Assembly (NCBI GenBank): GCA_963677925.2
Contig: CAXXYH010000004.1
Coordinates: forward strand, 704,001 to 768,000
DNA from: Spirochaetia bacterium
Lineage (GTDB): Bacteria > Spirochaetota > Spirochaetia > UBA9216
Direction of reading: 5' to 3'
Length of the DNA stretch: 64,000 nucleotides
Position numbers and translations under genes: made by a program. The notes under the pieces were generated by a model. That model had not been told where the DNA came from. It made no database searches and saw only the letters and a list, made by a program, of their open reading frames with translations. Shown piece after piece: positions 37,320-46,170 of this stretch; positions within the stretch are counted from its first letter, which is position 1, and each line of letters opens with the position of its first letter.

Positions 37320-39038
37320 ATGAAAAAAAATCTCCTGATTCTTTTGTTTTTATTGGTATACTCTGCCGGTTTATTTGCCCAACAGGATAATATTTTAATC
37401 TTTCATACTTACAGTCCTGAAATACCCTGGGTTAATTCCTTTAATGAAGGGATTTCAAATTCTGAATACTACAATCCTCTCACTATGAATCTATTTTTTG
37501 AGTTTATGGGAAATAATTTCCCCGAGTCCACCCTGACCGAGGATGACTGGCATTTCTATCTTCACTCAAAATACCCGTCGGATATGTTCAGTTTTATTCT
37601 TGTTGATGCTCCTGAAGCAGTAGCTCTTTTTAGTAATCACCCGGATCTTTTTCCGGAGACACCGAAGATTTACCGCTCAATTCAAATTTCGGATAAAAAG
37701 ATGGATGAAGAGCTTTATTTATCCTCGGATATTTCAGCTGCAGTCAGAAAAACAATTGAACTGGCGCATCTGCAGAATCCGGATGCCGGGAAGGCTGTAG
37801 TAATTGATACCGGTGATTTAAAGAGTCAGGTTATTATTAAGGCTGCAGCCTCTCTGTTGAAATCAGATTATGGAATAGAGCCGTATCTTATGAAGGTTAC
37901 AACTCTCGAAAATCTGGTTTCTGAAGTATCCCGGTTAGAGCCTGATACAATTGTTTACTATGTGATTGTATCTGAAGATGATAATCGCTCAGGTTATATT
38001 CCCAAAGACGTTCTTAAAATGGTCTGTGATGTCTCGCCTGCGCCTGTGTATACATTCTGGAGTACACTGATGGGGTCCGGTACCGTCGGCGGATATATGA
38101 TTGATGCTGAAACTTCTGCAATGGAGATGTTCAGGGCTGGAGTTGATTATTTAAAGACTGGTCAATTTGGAGAAGGTTATAATTCTTATAGACTCTTTCT
38201 GGACTGTGCAGTTCTGGAGCGGTATGGCATAGATGATAAATATAGTGAGTATAAAGATGCTGTATTCCTGAATCATCCGGTTCCGTTTCTTGTGGCTAAC
38301 CTGGAAACTATAAAAATTGTAGTGCTGGTTTCATTCATAATCCTGTTTTTGATCATACTGATGGGGCTAAACATGCTGTGGCAGCTTAACCGTAAACTTA
38401 AGAATGAGCATGAAGAATTAATAGGACTGGTTCATCAAAAGTCAGTTTTAATAAGGGAAATAGACCATCGTGTAAAAAATAATCTCAATATTCTTGAATC
38501 TCTTATTAGTATGCAGATTGCAGATGCTGAGGAACCCGGTCTGAAAAATGATCTTCATGATGTGCTGAGCAGGATAAGTGTGATGACAATGGTTCATGAA
38601 AAACTGTATCAGTCTGAGATTGATAACCGGCTTGATTCGAATAATTACATTTCAGATCTTATAGATAAACTATCTGTTATGCTTATGAATGAATCCGGTA
38701 AAATAAGGATAACTACAGATATAATTTCAGAAACTCTTGATGTTCAGATGATGATTTCTTTAGGGCTGATAATAAATGAAATGCTTACAAATGCATTTAA
38801 ATATGCTTTTAAACCTGACCAGTCCGGGGAGATAAATATCAGACTTTCCCGATACACCGAAACGGAGTATTTATTGATGGTTAAAGACAACGGCATAGGA
38901 CTTCCTGCCGGGTTTTCACTTGAAAACAGTGGGGGGCTCGGCCTAAAAGTTATAGAAGTTCTTGCCCGGCAGCTGAAGGGCCGTCTTGAGTTTGAAAGTA
39001 AAGACGGCGCCTCTTTTTCGGTAATTTTCCCTGTGTAA
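37320..39038 (+). CDS. Sensor histidine kinase (ABC-substrate-binding-like sensor, HisKA_2)
   Basis: LIFHTYSPEIPW, GTVGGY, TM, EIDHRVKNNL, NEMLTNAFKYA, KDNGIG; same architecture as 456-2480 but without PAS. Confidence 0.87.
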   Translation: MKKNLLILLFLLVYSAGLFAQQDNILIFHTYSPEIPWVNSFNEGISNSEYYNPLTMNLFFEFMGNNFPESTLTEDDWHFYLHSKYPSDMFSFILVDAPEAVALFSNHPDLFPETPKIYRSIQISDKKMDEELYLSSDISAAVRKTIELAHLQNPDAGKAVVIDTGDLKSQVIIKAAASLLKSDYGIEPYLMKVTTLENLVSEVSRLEPDTIVYYVIVSEDDNRSGYIPKDVLKMVCDVSPAPVYTFWSTLMGSGTVGGYMIDAETSAMEMFRAGVDYLKTGQFGEGYNSYRLFLDCAVLERYGIDDKYSEYKDAVFLNHPVPFLVANLETIKIVVLVSFIILFLIILMGLNMLWQLNRKLKNEHEELIGLVHQKSVLIREIDHRVKNNLNILESLISMQIADAEEPGLKNDLHDVLSRISVMTMVHEKLYQSEIDNRLDSNNYISDLIDKLSVMLMNESGKIRITTDIISETLDVQMMISLGLIINEMLTNAFKYAFKPDQSGEINIRLSRYTETEYLLMVKDNGIGLPAGFSLENSGGLGLKVIEVLARQLKGRLEFESKDGASFSVIFPV

Positions 39039-39056
39039 AAATATCTGAATCAAAAT

Positions 39057-39089
39057 AAAAAGGGATACCCGAAGCTTCGAATATCCCCT
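39057..39089 (-). terminator. Terminator between convergent genes
   Basis: GGGATA...CGAAGCTTCG...TATCCC hairpin with a T-tract on the minus strand. Confidence 0.55.
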
Positions 39090-39110
39090 ATATAAATTGT
39101 TTACTCAGTT

Positions 39111-40589
39111 TTAAGGTGAAGGAGGTGTGCCTCCGCTTCCGTATGCGCCTGCCGGATTCACCTGGCTAAGCGAGCCTACAAGTTCGGTAATTGATGTCTG
39201 AGCAGACGCGGGGTAGGCTGTGGTCTGTTTCATGGTGAAATCTTTTCCGCTGAAATTAGTGAATATGCTGCTTAGATTATCATAGATTGCCCATTCGAGA
39301 TTGTCGGTATCTGTACTGACTCCTTCAAATGGATAATATGTATGATTTTCATCATAGATATTATTCAATACCAATATGAGCGGGTTAGCTGAGTTTGTAT
39401 ATATAAGATAAGTATATCCTGTGGCATTTGCAGTAAATATGTTTTTGGTAAAATTATACACAGATGTCGAAGACTCGCTTAGGTTTATTGCAATACCTGC
39501 TGAAGCTTTTGAAGCTACTGTGTTACGGGAGAATTCAACATTAAAATTGATGTCATCATAATTGGGTGAATTGAGTGCTTCCTGTGTTTGTACGGTATCA
39601 TTATAAAAAATTATATTATTTGTAAAACTGTATGAACTATTTTCTGCAGGATAATAAATTTGAATTCCCTCCGTAGTTCCCTTATGATAAATCCTACTGT
39701 TTGTAATGGAAAGAGCTGAACATGTTTCAGCACTGCTGCTCCCTGCTTTTATTGCATAAGCACCACCTGAATCTGCCAGGTTTTTAATAAATGCATGGTC
39801 TATCGATGCTTCATTATTTACCAGAATGCCGCCCCAGCCCCCGGTTGTTGGTCCGGAGAGAATTACCGGTTTGTCAGCTGTCCCTTCGATGTTAAGGGTT
39901 CCGTTTACTATAATCTGGTATCCGCCGGATGTATTTAACTCAACATCACGATAAATATTCAGTGTAGCCCCGCTGGAAATGGTTATATCATTTCCAACAT
40001 ATATTTCGCCTTCGCCTGAACGTATGTAGCTGTCCAGCAGTATCGTTTCACCATCGGTAAGATCCGAGGCATACAGCCTTGTTCCCTGGTAGTTAAACCC
40101 CTCTCCTGAAAGAGAGATTGTTATCTGTCCATCATCCTCATCACTGCTGTATATTGTCAGTGTACCGCTGAGCACCTCCTCTGATTCCGGAGAAAAACTC
40201 AGGGTGTATGGCTTAGTTTCGCCGGCCGGTATTTCGATGGTATCAGAAGTTGATTCAGGCATTGAGAATGCAGAGTCTCCAACCAGCCAGGTCAGGTAGG
40301 TCATATCCAGTGTAAGTGTGTCTGCTGTGCTATTGTTTCCAATGGTAACTGTTGCGGTTTCAGTTTCACCTACAAGGGTTTTTGTAAACGTGTAGGAACT
40401 TCCGTCGGCGTAGACTGTTCCGCCGATTCTAATTTCAATATCCCCTGCCGGAGCCAGATCAAGCCCCGCATAGTCGGGGTCGTTCGGGTTTTCCCGGTCG
40501 TGCTGTGTTGCGTCAAGAAAGAATCCGTCACATGAGACTATGGCAGTGAAGGTGAGAATTATCAGAAAAAGTTTAGTTATCTTTATCAT
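39111..40589 (-). CDS. Surface lipoprotein with Ig-like and beta-helix-like regions
   Basis: Lipobox IVSC; RENPNDP motif; Ig-like ...GTLTIYSSDEDD..ISLSGEG; VNGTLNIEGTADKPVILS..WGGI followed by Asn/Thr-rich beta repeats; ends GAYG. Confidence 0.7.
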   Translation of the reverse strand: MIKITKLFLIILTFTAIVSCDGFFLDATQHDRENPNDPDYAGLDLAPAGDIEIRIGGTVYADGSSYTFTKTLVGETETATVTIGNNSTADTLTLDMTYLTWLVGDSAFSMPESTSDTIEIPAGETKPYTLSFSPESEEVLSGTLTIYSSDEDDGQITISLSGEGFNYQGTRLYASDLTDGETILLDSYIRSGEGEIYVGNDITISSGATLNIYRDVELNTSGGYQIIVNGTLNIEGTADKPVILSGPTTGGWGGILVNNEASIDHAFIKNLADSGGAYAIKAGSSSAETCSALSITNSRIYHKGTTEGIQIYYPAENSSYSFTNNIIFYNDTVQTQEALNSPNYDDINFNVEFSRNTVASKASAGIAINLSESSTSVYNFTKNIFTANATGYTYLIYTNSANPLILVLNNIYDENHTYYPFEGVSTDTDNLEWAIYDNLSSIFTNFSGKDFTMKQTTAYPASAQTSITELVGSLSQVNPAGAYGSGGTPPSP

Positions 40590-40598
40590 CGTGTGCTC

Positions 40599-41567
40599 CT
40601 AGTAGGAAAATCCGAAGGACAGCACGGTTGCCTTCGGTCCCGGAAGAATGGAAACCGCCGTATCAACTGCCGGTTCTGAATCACCCCCGAAAAAGAACAG
40701 TGAGGTAAGTGCTGTCAGCACCCCGCCTCCTGCAAGCCCGGCTCCTACCCAGAACATCGTATTGCTGTTTTCGGCAGCGGTATATGCTGCTGCATAGGTA
40801 CTGTAAAGTGAATCGTAGTCGGCATCACCGGCTGTTGCTGAATCGTATGCGCTCCAGGCGTCGTTTGCGTCATTAATTTTCATTATTGAATCAATAAGAA
40901 AATATGTGCCGACTCCGGCTATTACAGTTCCGCCGCCCAGCAGGCTCCATCCGACTATACTCTTTGTGCCTGCGGGAGCAGCATCGCCGTCGCCGGATCC
41001 AGCTTTTGCCGGTTTTTCGGTTGCAGGCTTTGCGGCTTCAGCGGCCTCTGTCTTACCTGCCGTTTCTGAACTGCCCGATTCTGCGGCAGCCGTTTGAGTA
41101 TCGGCAGCTTCAAGCCCGGACAGGCGGGCGGCAAAGTTAGGCATATCGTCTATCAGTTCGCCCAGATCGGGATATATATTTTTGGCCGTATGAATTGTGG
41201 CTGAGGTTTCGGTTTCAATCATTTTGGCAGAGAAAATATATCTGCCGCCCAGAAGAGCTATATCTCCAGTAACAATAAACTGGGCTGAAAGCAGCTTTCC
41301 AATTTCGAGCATGCAGCTTTCGTCGGTACATCCTGAATTGGAAAAAGCCAGTTCGTCCAGGATAGTATCACGCTGGGCTGTATCAATTACTGTGTATTCA
41401 CCTGCGTCATGCAGTGATGCGGATAGAAAAGAAGTTATCGACTTCATGTCGCTTTCCGAGATTGAATTGATTCGGAAGTCTAGAACTGTAAGTACAGGTT
41501 TATCATTTGAAAATACACTTGCTGAAATAATCAACAGAGGTACAAACAGCAATATTAGCTTTTTCAT
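40599..41567 (-). CDS. CsgG/TolB-N-like domain protein with a C-terminal membrane hairpin and beta-strand end
   Basis: Signal peptide; VLDF...VIDTAQRDTILDE..F..SGCTDESC..EIGKLLSAQFIVTG; Ala/Glu/Lys linker; two Gly-rich hydrophobic helices; terminal LSFGFSY. Confidence 0.7.
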   Translation of the reverse strand: MKKLILLFVPLLIISASVFSNDKPVLTVLDFRINSISESDMKSITSFLSASLHDAGEYTVIDTAQRDTILDELAFSNSGCTDESCMLEIGKLLSAQFIVTGDIALLGGRYIFSAKMIETETSATIHTAKNIYPDLGELIDDMPNFAARLSGLEAADTQTAAAESGSSETAGKTEAAEAAKPATEKPAKAGSGDGDAAPAGTKSIVGWSLLGGGTVIAGVGTYFLIDSIMKINDANDAWSAYDSATAGDADYDSLYSTYAAAYTAAENSNTMFWVGAGLAGGGVLTALTSLFFFGGDSEPAVDTAVSILPGPKATVLSFGFSY

Positions 41568-41651
41568 CAGTTTTCCTCCGTTATTATTTTAGCCCGATGT
41601 CGTAAAATCCTGCAAGTAATCAAACTTAATGTTGATGTTTTTTAAGGTTGG

Positions 41652-41679
41652 GTGTATATTGTGTATATACGATATACAC
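41652..41679. promoter_or_regulatory. YtrA-type GntR operator
   Basis: 28-bp imperfect palindrome GTGTATATTGTGTATATACGATATACAC just upstream of the operon RBS; long TGTA...TACA palindromes typify YtrA-subfamily sites. Confidence 0.7.
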
Positions 41680-41700
41680 AGTAAGCAAGGAGTTTCGGTT

Positions 41701-42555
41701 ATGTGTATGATGAAGGTAGAAAAACTTAGAAAACATTATGAAAAGTTTCTGCTTGATGATGTCAGCTTCAGGCTTGAAGAAGGTTATATAATGGGTTTTA
41801 TCGGCAGCAACGGCGCCGGGAAGACTACTACATTGAAAAGTATTATGGGCATGGTTCACTCAGATTCCGGAACTGTCGAAGTTTTCGGACAGGATTTCCG
41901 CTCCAATGAGCTTGAACTGAAGCAGAAGATTGCCTTTATGCTTGGCCCCGGAGATTATTATCCGACTAAAAAGGTCAGTGCCGTAACTGATACTTACCGG
42001 CGTTTTTACACAGACTGGGATGAGTCTCTCTATCAGTCTCTGCTGAAGCGTTTTGATATAGATCCGCAGAAAAAAATAAAGGATCTGTCACAGGGAATGA
42101 AGATCAAGTATTCGCTTTCACTTGCTCTTTCCCACAGGGCAAAGCTGATAATTCTTGATGAACCTACATCCGGTCTTGATCCGGTTGCAAGGGATGATCT
42201 GCTTGAGCTGTTTCAGGAGTTTGTAGAACAGGGCGATAAGAGTATTCTTTTCTCCACCCATATAACTTCGGATCTCGAAAAATGTGCCGATTACATCACC
42301 TATATCGAAAAGGGAAAGATCGTTGAGAGCCTTACCAAGGATGAGCTGATGGATAAGTACAGGATAATCAGCGGAACAGAGGCTCAGCTTAACGGGCTGA
42401 AAGATCAGATGGTGTCCTGGAAAAAGAATTCATTCGGTTTTCAGGGACTTATTGAAACAGAAAAACTGGGTGAGGCGGAACGTGAGTCTGCATCGGTTCC
42501 CGGTCTCGACGATATAATGATTTACCACTCAAAAAGGGGGCAGGCAAATGAATAA
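41701..42555 (+). CDS. ABC-2 type exporter ATP-binding protein (YtrB-like)
   Basis: GSNGAGKTT, LSQGM, ILDEPTSGLDP, STHITSD; AAGGAG RBS before 41701. Confidence 0.9.
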   Translation: MCMMKVEKLRKHYEKFLLDDVSFRLEEGYIMGFIGSNGAGKTTTLKSIMGMVHSDSGTVEVFGQDFRSNELELKQKIAFMLGPGDYYPTKKVSAVTDTYRRFYTDWDESLYQSLLKRFDIDPQKKIKDLSQGMKIKYSLSLALSHRAKLIILDEPTSGLDPVARDDLLELFQEFVEQGDKSILFSTHITSDLEKCADYITYIEKGKIVESLTKDELMDKYRIISGTEAQLNGLKDQMVSWKKNSFGFQGLIETEKLGEAERESASVPGLDDIMIYHSKRGQANE

Positions 42556-43192
42556 TCTTCTGCACAAGGAATTTAATCTATCTATTAACCGGTTTTTTGT
42601 TATTCTCATGCCGTTGATCACAGGGGCTCTGTTTCTGATCCCTCAGTGGCCATATTTTATAGCCATGATGTATTTCTTCTTTATATCTGTACCAACTCTT
42701 TCAAGTTCCTACAATTCACAGAAAGACAACGAGTTTTCTATGATTATGCCGGTAAGAAAGACCGATGTTGTGAAAGCCAGGATTACAGCATTCTGTATAA
42801 TTGAACTGATTCATATTGCATTCGGTATTATTTTTGCGGTCGTTCATCACATTCTGTATAAGTTTGATAATTTTATGCTTAACCTGAATCCGGCATTTTT
42901 CGGTCTGGCATTTACGATGTTCGGTATTTTCAATATTATATTTTTCAGTATGTACTACAAAACCGCTTACTTCTTCGGTATTCCGACAATTGCAGCAACT
43001 GTAGTGACTGTTCTTTATGTTGCCGGAATCGAAATGTCAGCTATCTTTATTGATTCGGTCCGCTCTTTCTTTGGAAATCCGGCTATTGGAATTCAGCTTT
43101 CAGTTCTGGTCGGCGGAATTGCAGCGTTTGTTATTCTTAATCTTTTAACAGTAAAAATTGCATCCGCAAGGTTTGAAAAAGTGGATATATGA
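42548..43192 (+). CDS. ABC-2 type transporter permease
   Basis: Six TMs; MPVRKTDVVKAR; C-terminal FEKVDI. Confidence 0.85.
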   Translation: MNNLLHKEFNLSINRFFVILMPLITGALFLIPQWPYFIAMMYFFFISVPTLSSSYNSQKDNEFSMIMPVRKTDVVKARITAFCIIELIHIAFGIIFAVVHHILYKFDNFMLNLNPAFFGLAFTMFGIFNIIFFSMYYKTAYFFGIPTIAATVVTVLYVAGIEMSAIFIDSVRSFFGNPAIGIQLSVLVGGIAAFVILNLLTVKIASARFEKVDI

Positions 43193-43557
43193 TAGGTGTA
43201 AAAATTTCCAATCAGTCTGATAAACCGATTTATCAGCAGCTTTTCGAACAGATTAGTGCCATGATACTTAACCGGGTACTTGAAAGTGATTTCAGTCTGC
43301 CGTCCATAAGGACGGCGGCTAAAGAGCTGCGTGTGAGTGTAATAACCGTTAAGGCCGCATGGGAAGAGCTTGAGCGCTCCGGATTAATTTATACCGTAGC
43401 TGGAAAGGGCTGTTTTATTTCAGAGTTTTCCGATGACGAACTTAGTTTGAAAAGAGATGAAATTATAAATAAGCAGCTTGATAAGGACCTTGTGTTTTAC
43501 AGGAATATGGGTGCCGATAAACAAGAGCTTATCAGTTTAATTGAGAAGAAATTATAA
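43189..43557 (+). CDS. GntR-family (YtrA subfamily) regulator
   Basis: PIYQQL, LPSIRTAAKELRVSVITVKAAWEELE, GKGCF; short C-terminus. Confidence 0.9.
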   Translation: MIGVKISNQSDKPIYQQLFEQISAMILNRVLESDFSLPSIRTAAKELRVSVITVKAAWEELERSGLIYTVAGKGCFISEFSDDELSLKRDEIINKQLDKDLVFYRNMGADKQELISLIEKKL

Positions 43558-43566
43558 AATCAATTA

Positions 43567-43899
43567 TTATGCTCTATTGTGTTTGAAGAATTTTTCAAGT
43601 TCAGTTTTGTCTTCAACAGCAACATCCCAGAAAACAAGTCCTATTTCATAAAAGTGATCTGAAACTTGATCTGTACGTACTACCTTTGCAAAAACATTAA
43701 TCTGTCTCGGGTTTCCGGGCAGAAAGAATTTTAAATGTACAAACTGGTTCGGATCCAGCGGCTCCTCCGAGATTAGGGCAATGCCGGTTTCACTGATATT
43801 TTTGCTGTAGACAAATCTGGTGTTGTTGCAGTTTACTTCAACATCAAGCGGTATGCGGGGAGCTCTCTCTATATGTTTTTTTTCATTCACGCTGTCCAA
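43567..43899 (-). CDS. Stand-alone PilZ-domain protein
   Basis: RAPR and NISETG motifs, AKVVR, IGLVF. Confidence 0.85.
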   Translation of the reverse strand: MDSVNEKKHIERAPRIPLDVEVNCNNTRFVYSKNISETGIALISEEPLDPNQFVHLKFFLPGNPRQINVFAKVVRTDQVSDHFYEIGLVFWDVAVEDKTELEKFFKHNRA

Positions 43900-43941
43900 T
43901 ACCCTTTAAGTATAGAGTATTGGACAGTATGGTGCAAATAT

Positions 43942-45174
43942 TTAAATTTCAATTATGTTTGATTTGGCTATTTTTCCAAGCAGATAGGCGCTCGGTTTAG
44001 GGGTTCTTTCCATTGTTTTCCTGTTAACTCCGATAATTCCGAATTTTGGATCGTAGCCGCTGACCCACTCAAAGTTATCAAAAGCTGACCAGCAGAAATA
44101 TCCCCTTACATCAATACCGTTCTCAATGCAGCCGGCTACACTTTTTATTGCCCTGCTTAGATACTCAACACGGCGGCTGTCATCTTCCATCGCAACCCCG
44201 TTTTCAGTTACATAAACAGGAACTCCGGCAATTGCCGCTGCATCCCGTATCGTACCGCCTATAGCCTCGGGGTAGAACTCTTCGTTCATCTGGTTGATTT
44301 CAATATCTTCGCCCGGGGGAATTACGCCATCGGGACCGACTATCCAGCGAGAGTATGTCTGAACACCCACAAAATCATCACCGCTAAGTCTTTCAAGGTA
44401 ATCCGCTGACAGCTCTTTCTTTAGAAGAGCTGCGTTTTCTTCACCGCCGGGAGCTGTATGGAAATCCATCATGGCAAGGCTTAGGCCTACCGGAAAATTG
44501 CCGGGGCCGGATTTCAGAATGCCGGCAGCTTTTTTATGGGCTGCATGAATAATGTCCCACATCTCCGGTGCTGTAGTGAACTGCCAAAGCCCGAGTTTCT
44601 CAGGCTCAACTCCGAATGCATCAGCGGCCTGCCTCCAGAATGGAATATCCCTTATTGAAAACGGCATCATCGTTGCAATAATCCGGGCGATGTTGGGTTC
44701 ATTGAATGTGCAGACGCCTGTAAACAGATCTCCCATATGCTTTGAGACTTTTTCAATAAATCGGGCGTAACTGTCTATTGTTTTCTTATCCAGCCAGCCG
44801 CCTTTTCTGATAAGCCAGCGAGGGGATATAAAATGATGCATTGTTACAAAGGGTTGAATGCCGTATTCGTGGCAGGTTGAAAGCATTCTTCGGTAATGTT
44901 CCAGTTCTGCATAGGAGAACTCTCCTTCCTCGGGTTCAATCCTTGCCCACTCAAGAGAGAATCTGAATGAGTTCAAACCAAGCTCTGAAAAAAGTTTAAT
45001 GTCTCCAGGGTATCGATGGTAGAAGTCGCAGGCGTCTCCGGAGGGATCCTTGTAAACCGTATCAGGAAGATGTTCCAGCAGCCAGCTCTCACTGTTTATA
45101 TTGTTTCCTTCAACCTGGTGTCCGGCGGTGGCTGTTCCCCATAAAAAGTTTTCCGGAAAATAAAAATCTTTCAA
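43942..45174 (-). CDS. GH1 beta-glucosidase
   Basis: FLWGTATAGHQVEG, TFNEP, VTENG, DNFEW. Confidence 0.93.
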   Translation of the reverse strand: MKDFYFPENFLWGTATAGHQVEGNNINSESWLLEHLPDTVYKDPSGDACDFYHRYPGDIKLFSELGLNSFRFSLEWARIEPEEGEFSYAELEHYRRMLSTCHEYGIQPFVTMHHFISPRWLIRKGGWLDKKTIDSYARFIEKVSKHMGDLFTGVCTFNEPNIARIIATMMPFSIRDIPFWRQAADAFGVEPEKLGLWQFTTAPEMWDIIHAAHKKAAGILKSGPGNFPVGLSLAMMDFHTAPGGEENAALLKKELSADYLERLSGDDFVGVQTYSRWIVGPDGVIPPGEDIEINQMNEEFYPEAIGGTIRDAAAIAGVPVYVTENGVAMEDDSRRVEYLSRAIKSVAGCIENGIDVRGYFCWSAFDNFEWVSGYDPKFGIIGVNRKTMERTPKPSAYLLGKIAKSNIIEI

Positions 45175-45186
45175 GATAGTGCTCCT

Positions 45187-46149
45187 CTATTGTTGTGTTT
45201 CTTCAAGATGTGCAAGCCAGAAGGGTTTTTCCAGAAGCGGAAGCGAAAAGCGGTTAGACAGCCATTTTTCAACTGCTTCGGTCCAGGCTTCTACGCTCTG
45301 GTTGCACTCATATTTTGAACTGGCTGAGGCCTGGTTTGAAAGGCTCAGTCCATGCGGTCCTTTTTCAAATATGTGAACCTCAAACGGGATCTCTGCTCCG
45401 GCAAGTGCTGCCGACATTTCGCAGGTATTCTGAACCGGTACCAGTGTATCCTCAGTTGTTGCCCATAGAAAGCAGGGCGGAGTAGATTCTGAGACATGCT
45501 GTACCGGACTTGCTGCATCAAGCGCCTCATCAGAGGGGTCAGCGGTTGCAAAGAATGCAATATTTGCAGCCCTTCTCATTTCTGCGGCGAAGGGGTCTTT
45601 CTCGTTCTTGAGGGGTTTCGCCATCAGGTGGTAGTTATACATACCGTAAGCTAAGATTGCAGCGGCGGGTTTAAGTTTTTCCGGTGGTGCATTGAAGAAG
45701 TCTTTGATGAGAGGTTTATCCCAGTATACGGAGTACATTGCGCAGTTATGTGCTCCAGCCGAGAAGCCGCAAACAGCAATTTTTTCAGTATCAAGCAGCC
45801 AGTCTTCAGCATTCTCATGAATTATCAGAAAAGCCTTTCCGATATCCCTAACCGGGGCCGGATGCGCTGTTTCAGGATTCGGCTGCTTAACACTTGAGGG
45901 ATCTATTCCGGCAGCACCACTGCTGTATGTTGAGTACCGCAGTACAAGCGCATGGTATCCCATTGATGCAAATTTGAGTGCAACGGGCTCCGCCTCCCTG
46001 TCGGAGCAGTTCATGTAACCGCCGCCCGGACATACAAGGACTGCAGGCCGTTTTTTTCCGGCAAGCATCTCCGGGGAGTCTTTCAGTATGTATGTGGTCA
46101 GGGTCAGATCTTCCCTGTCAGGATATAATTTGATTGACTTCTGGATCAT
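45187..46149 (-). CDS. Alpha/beta hydrolase (acetylesterase-like)
   Basis: CPGGGY oxyanion motif, GFSAG nucleophile, D..V, GPHGL. Confidence 0.88.
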   Translation of the reverse strand: MIQKSIKLYPDREDLTLTTYILKDSPEMLAGKKRPAVLVCPGGGYMNCSDREAEPVALKFASMGYHALVLRYSTYSSGAAGIDPSSVKQPNPETAHPAPVRDIGKAFLIIHENAEDWLLDTEKIAVCGFSAGAHNCAMYSVYWDKPLIKDFFNAPPEKLKPAAAILAYGMYNYHLMAKPLKNEKDPFAAEMRRAANIAFFATADPSDEALDAASPVQHVSESTPPCFLWATTEDTLVPVQNTCEMSAALAGAEIPFEVHIFEKGPHGLSLSNQASASSKYECNQSVEAWTEAVEKWLSNRFSLPLLEKPFWLAHLEETQQ

Positions 46150-46170
46150 TTGAGTATCTCCTTTTGTAAT

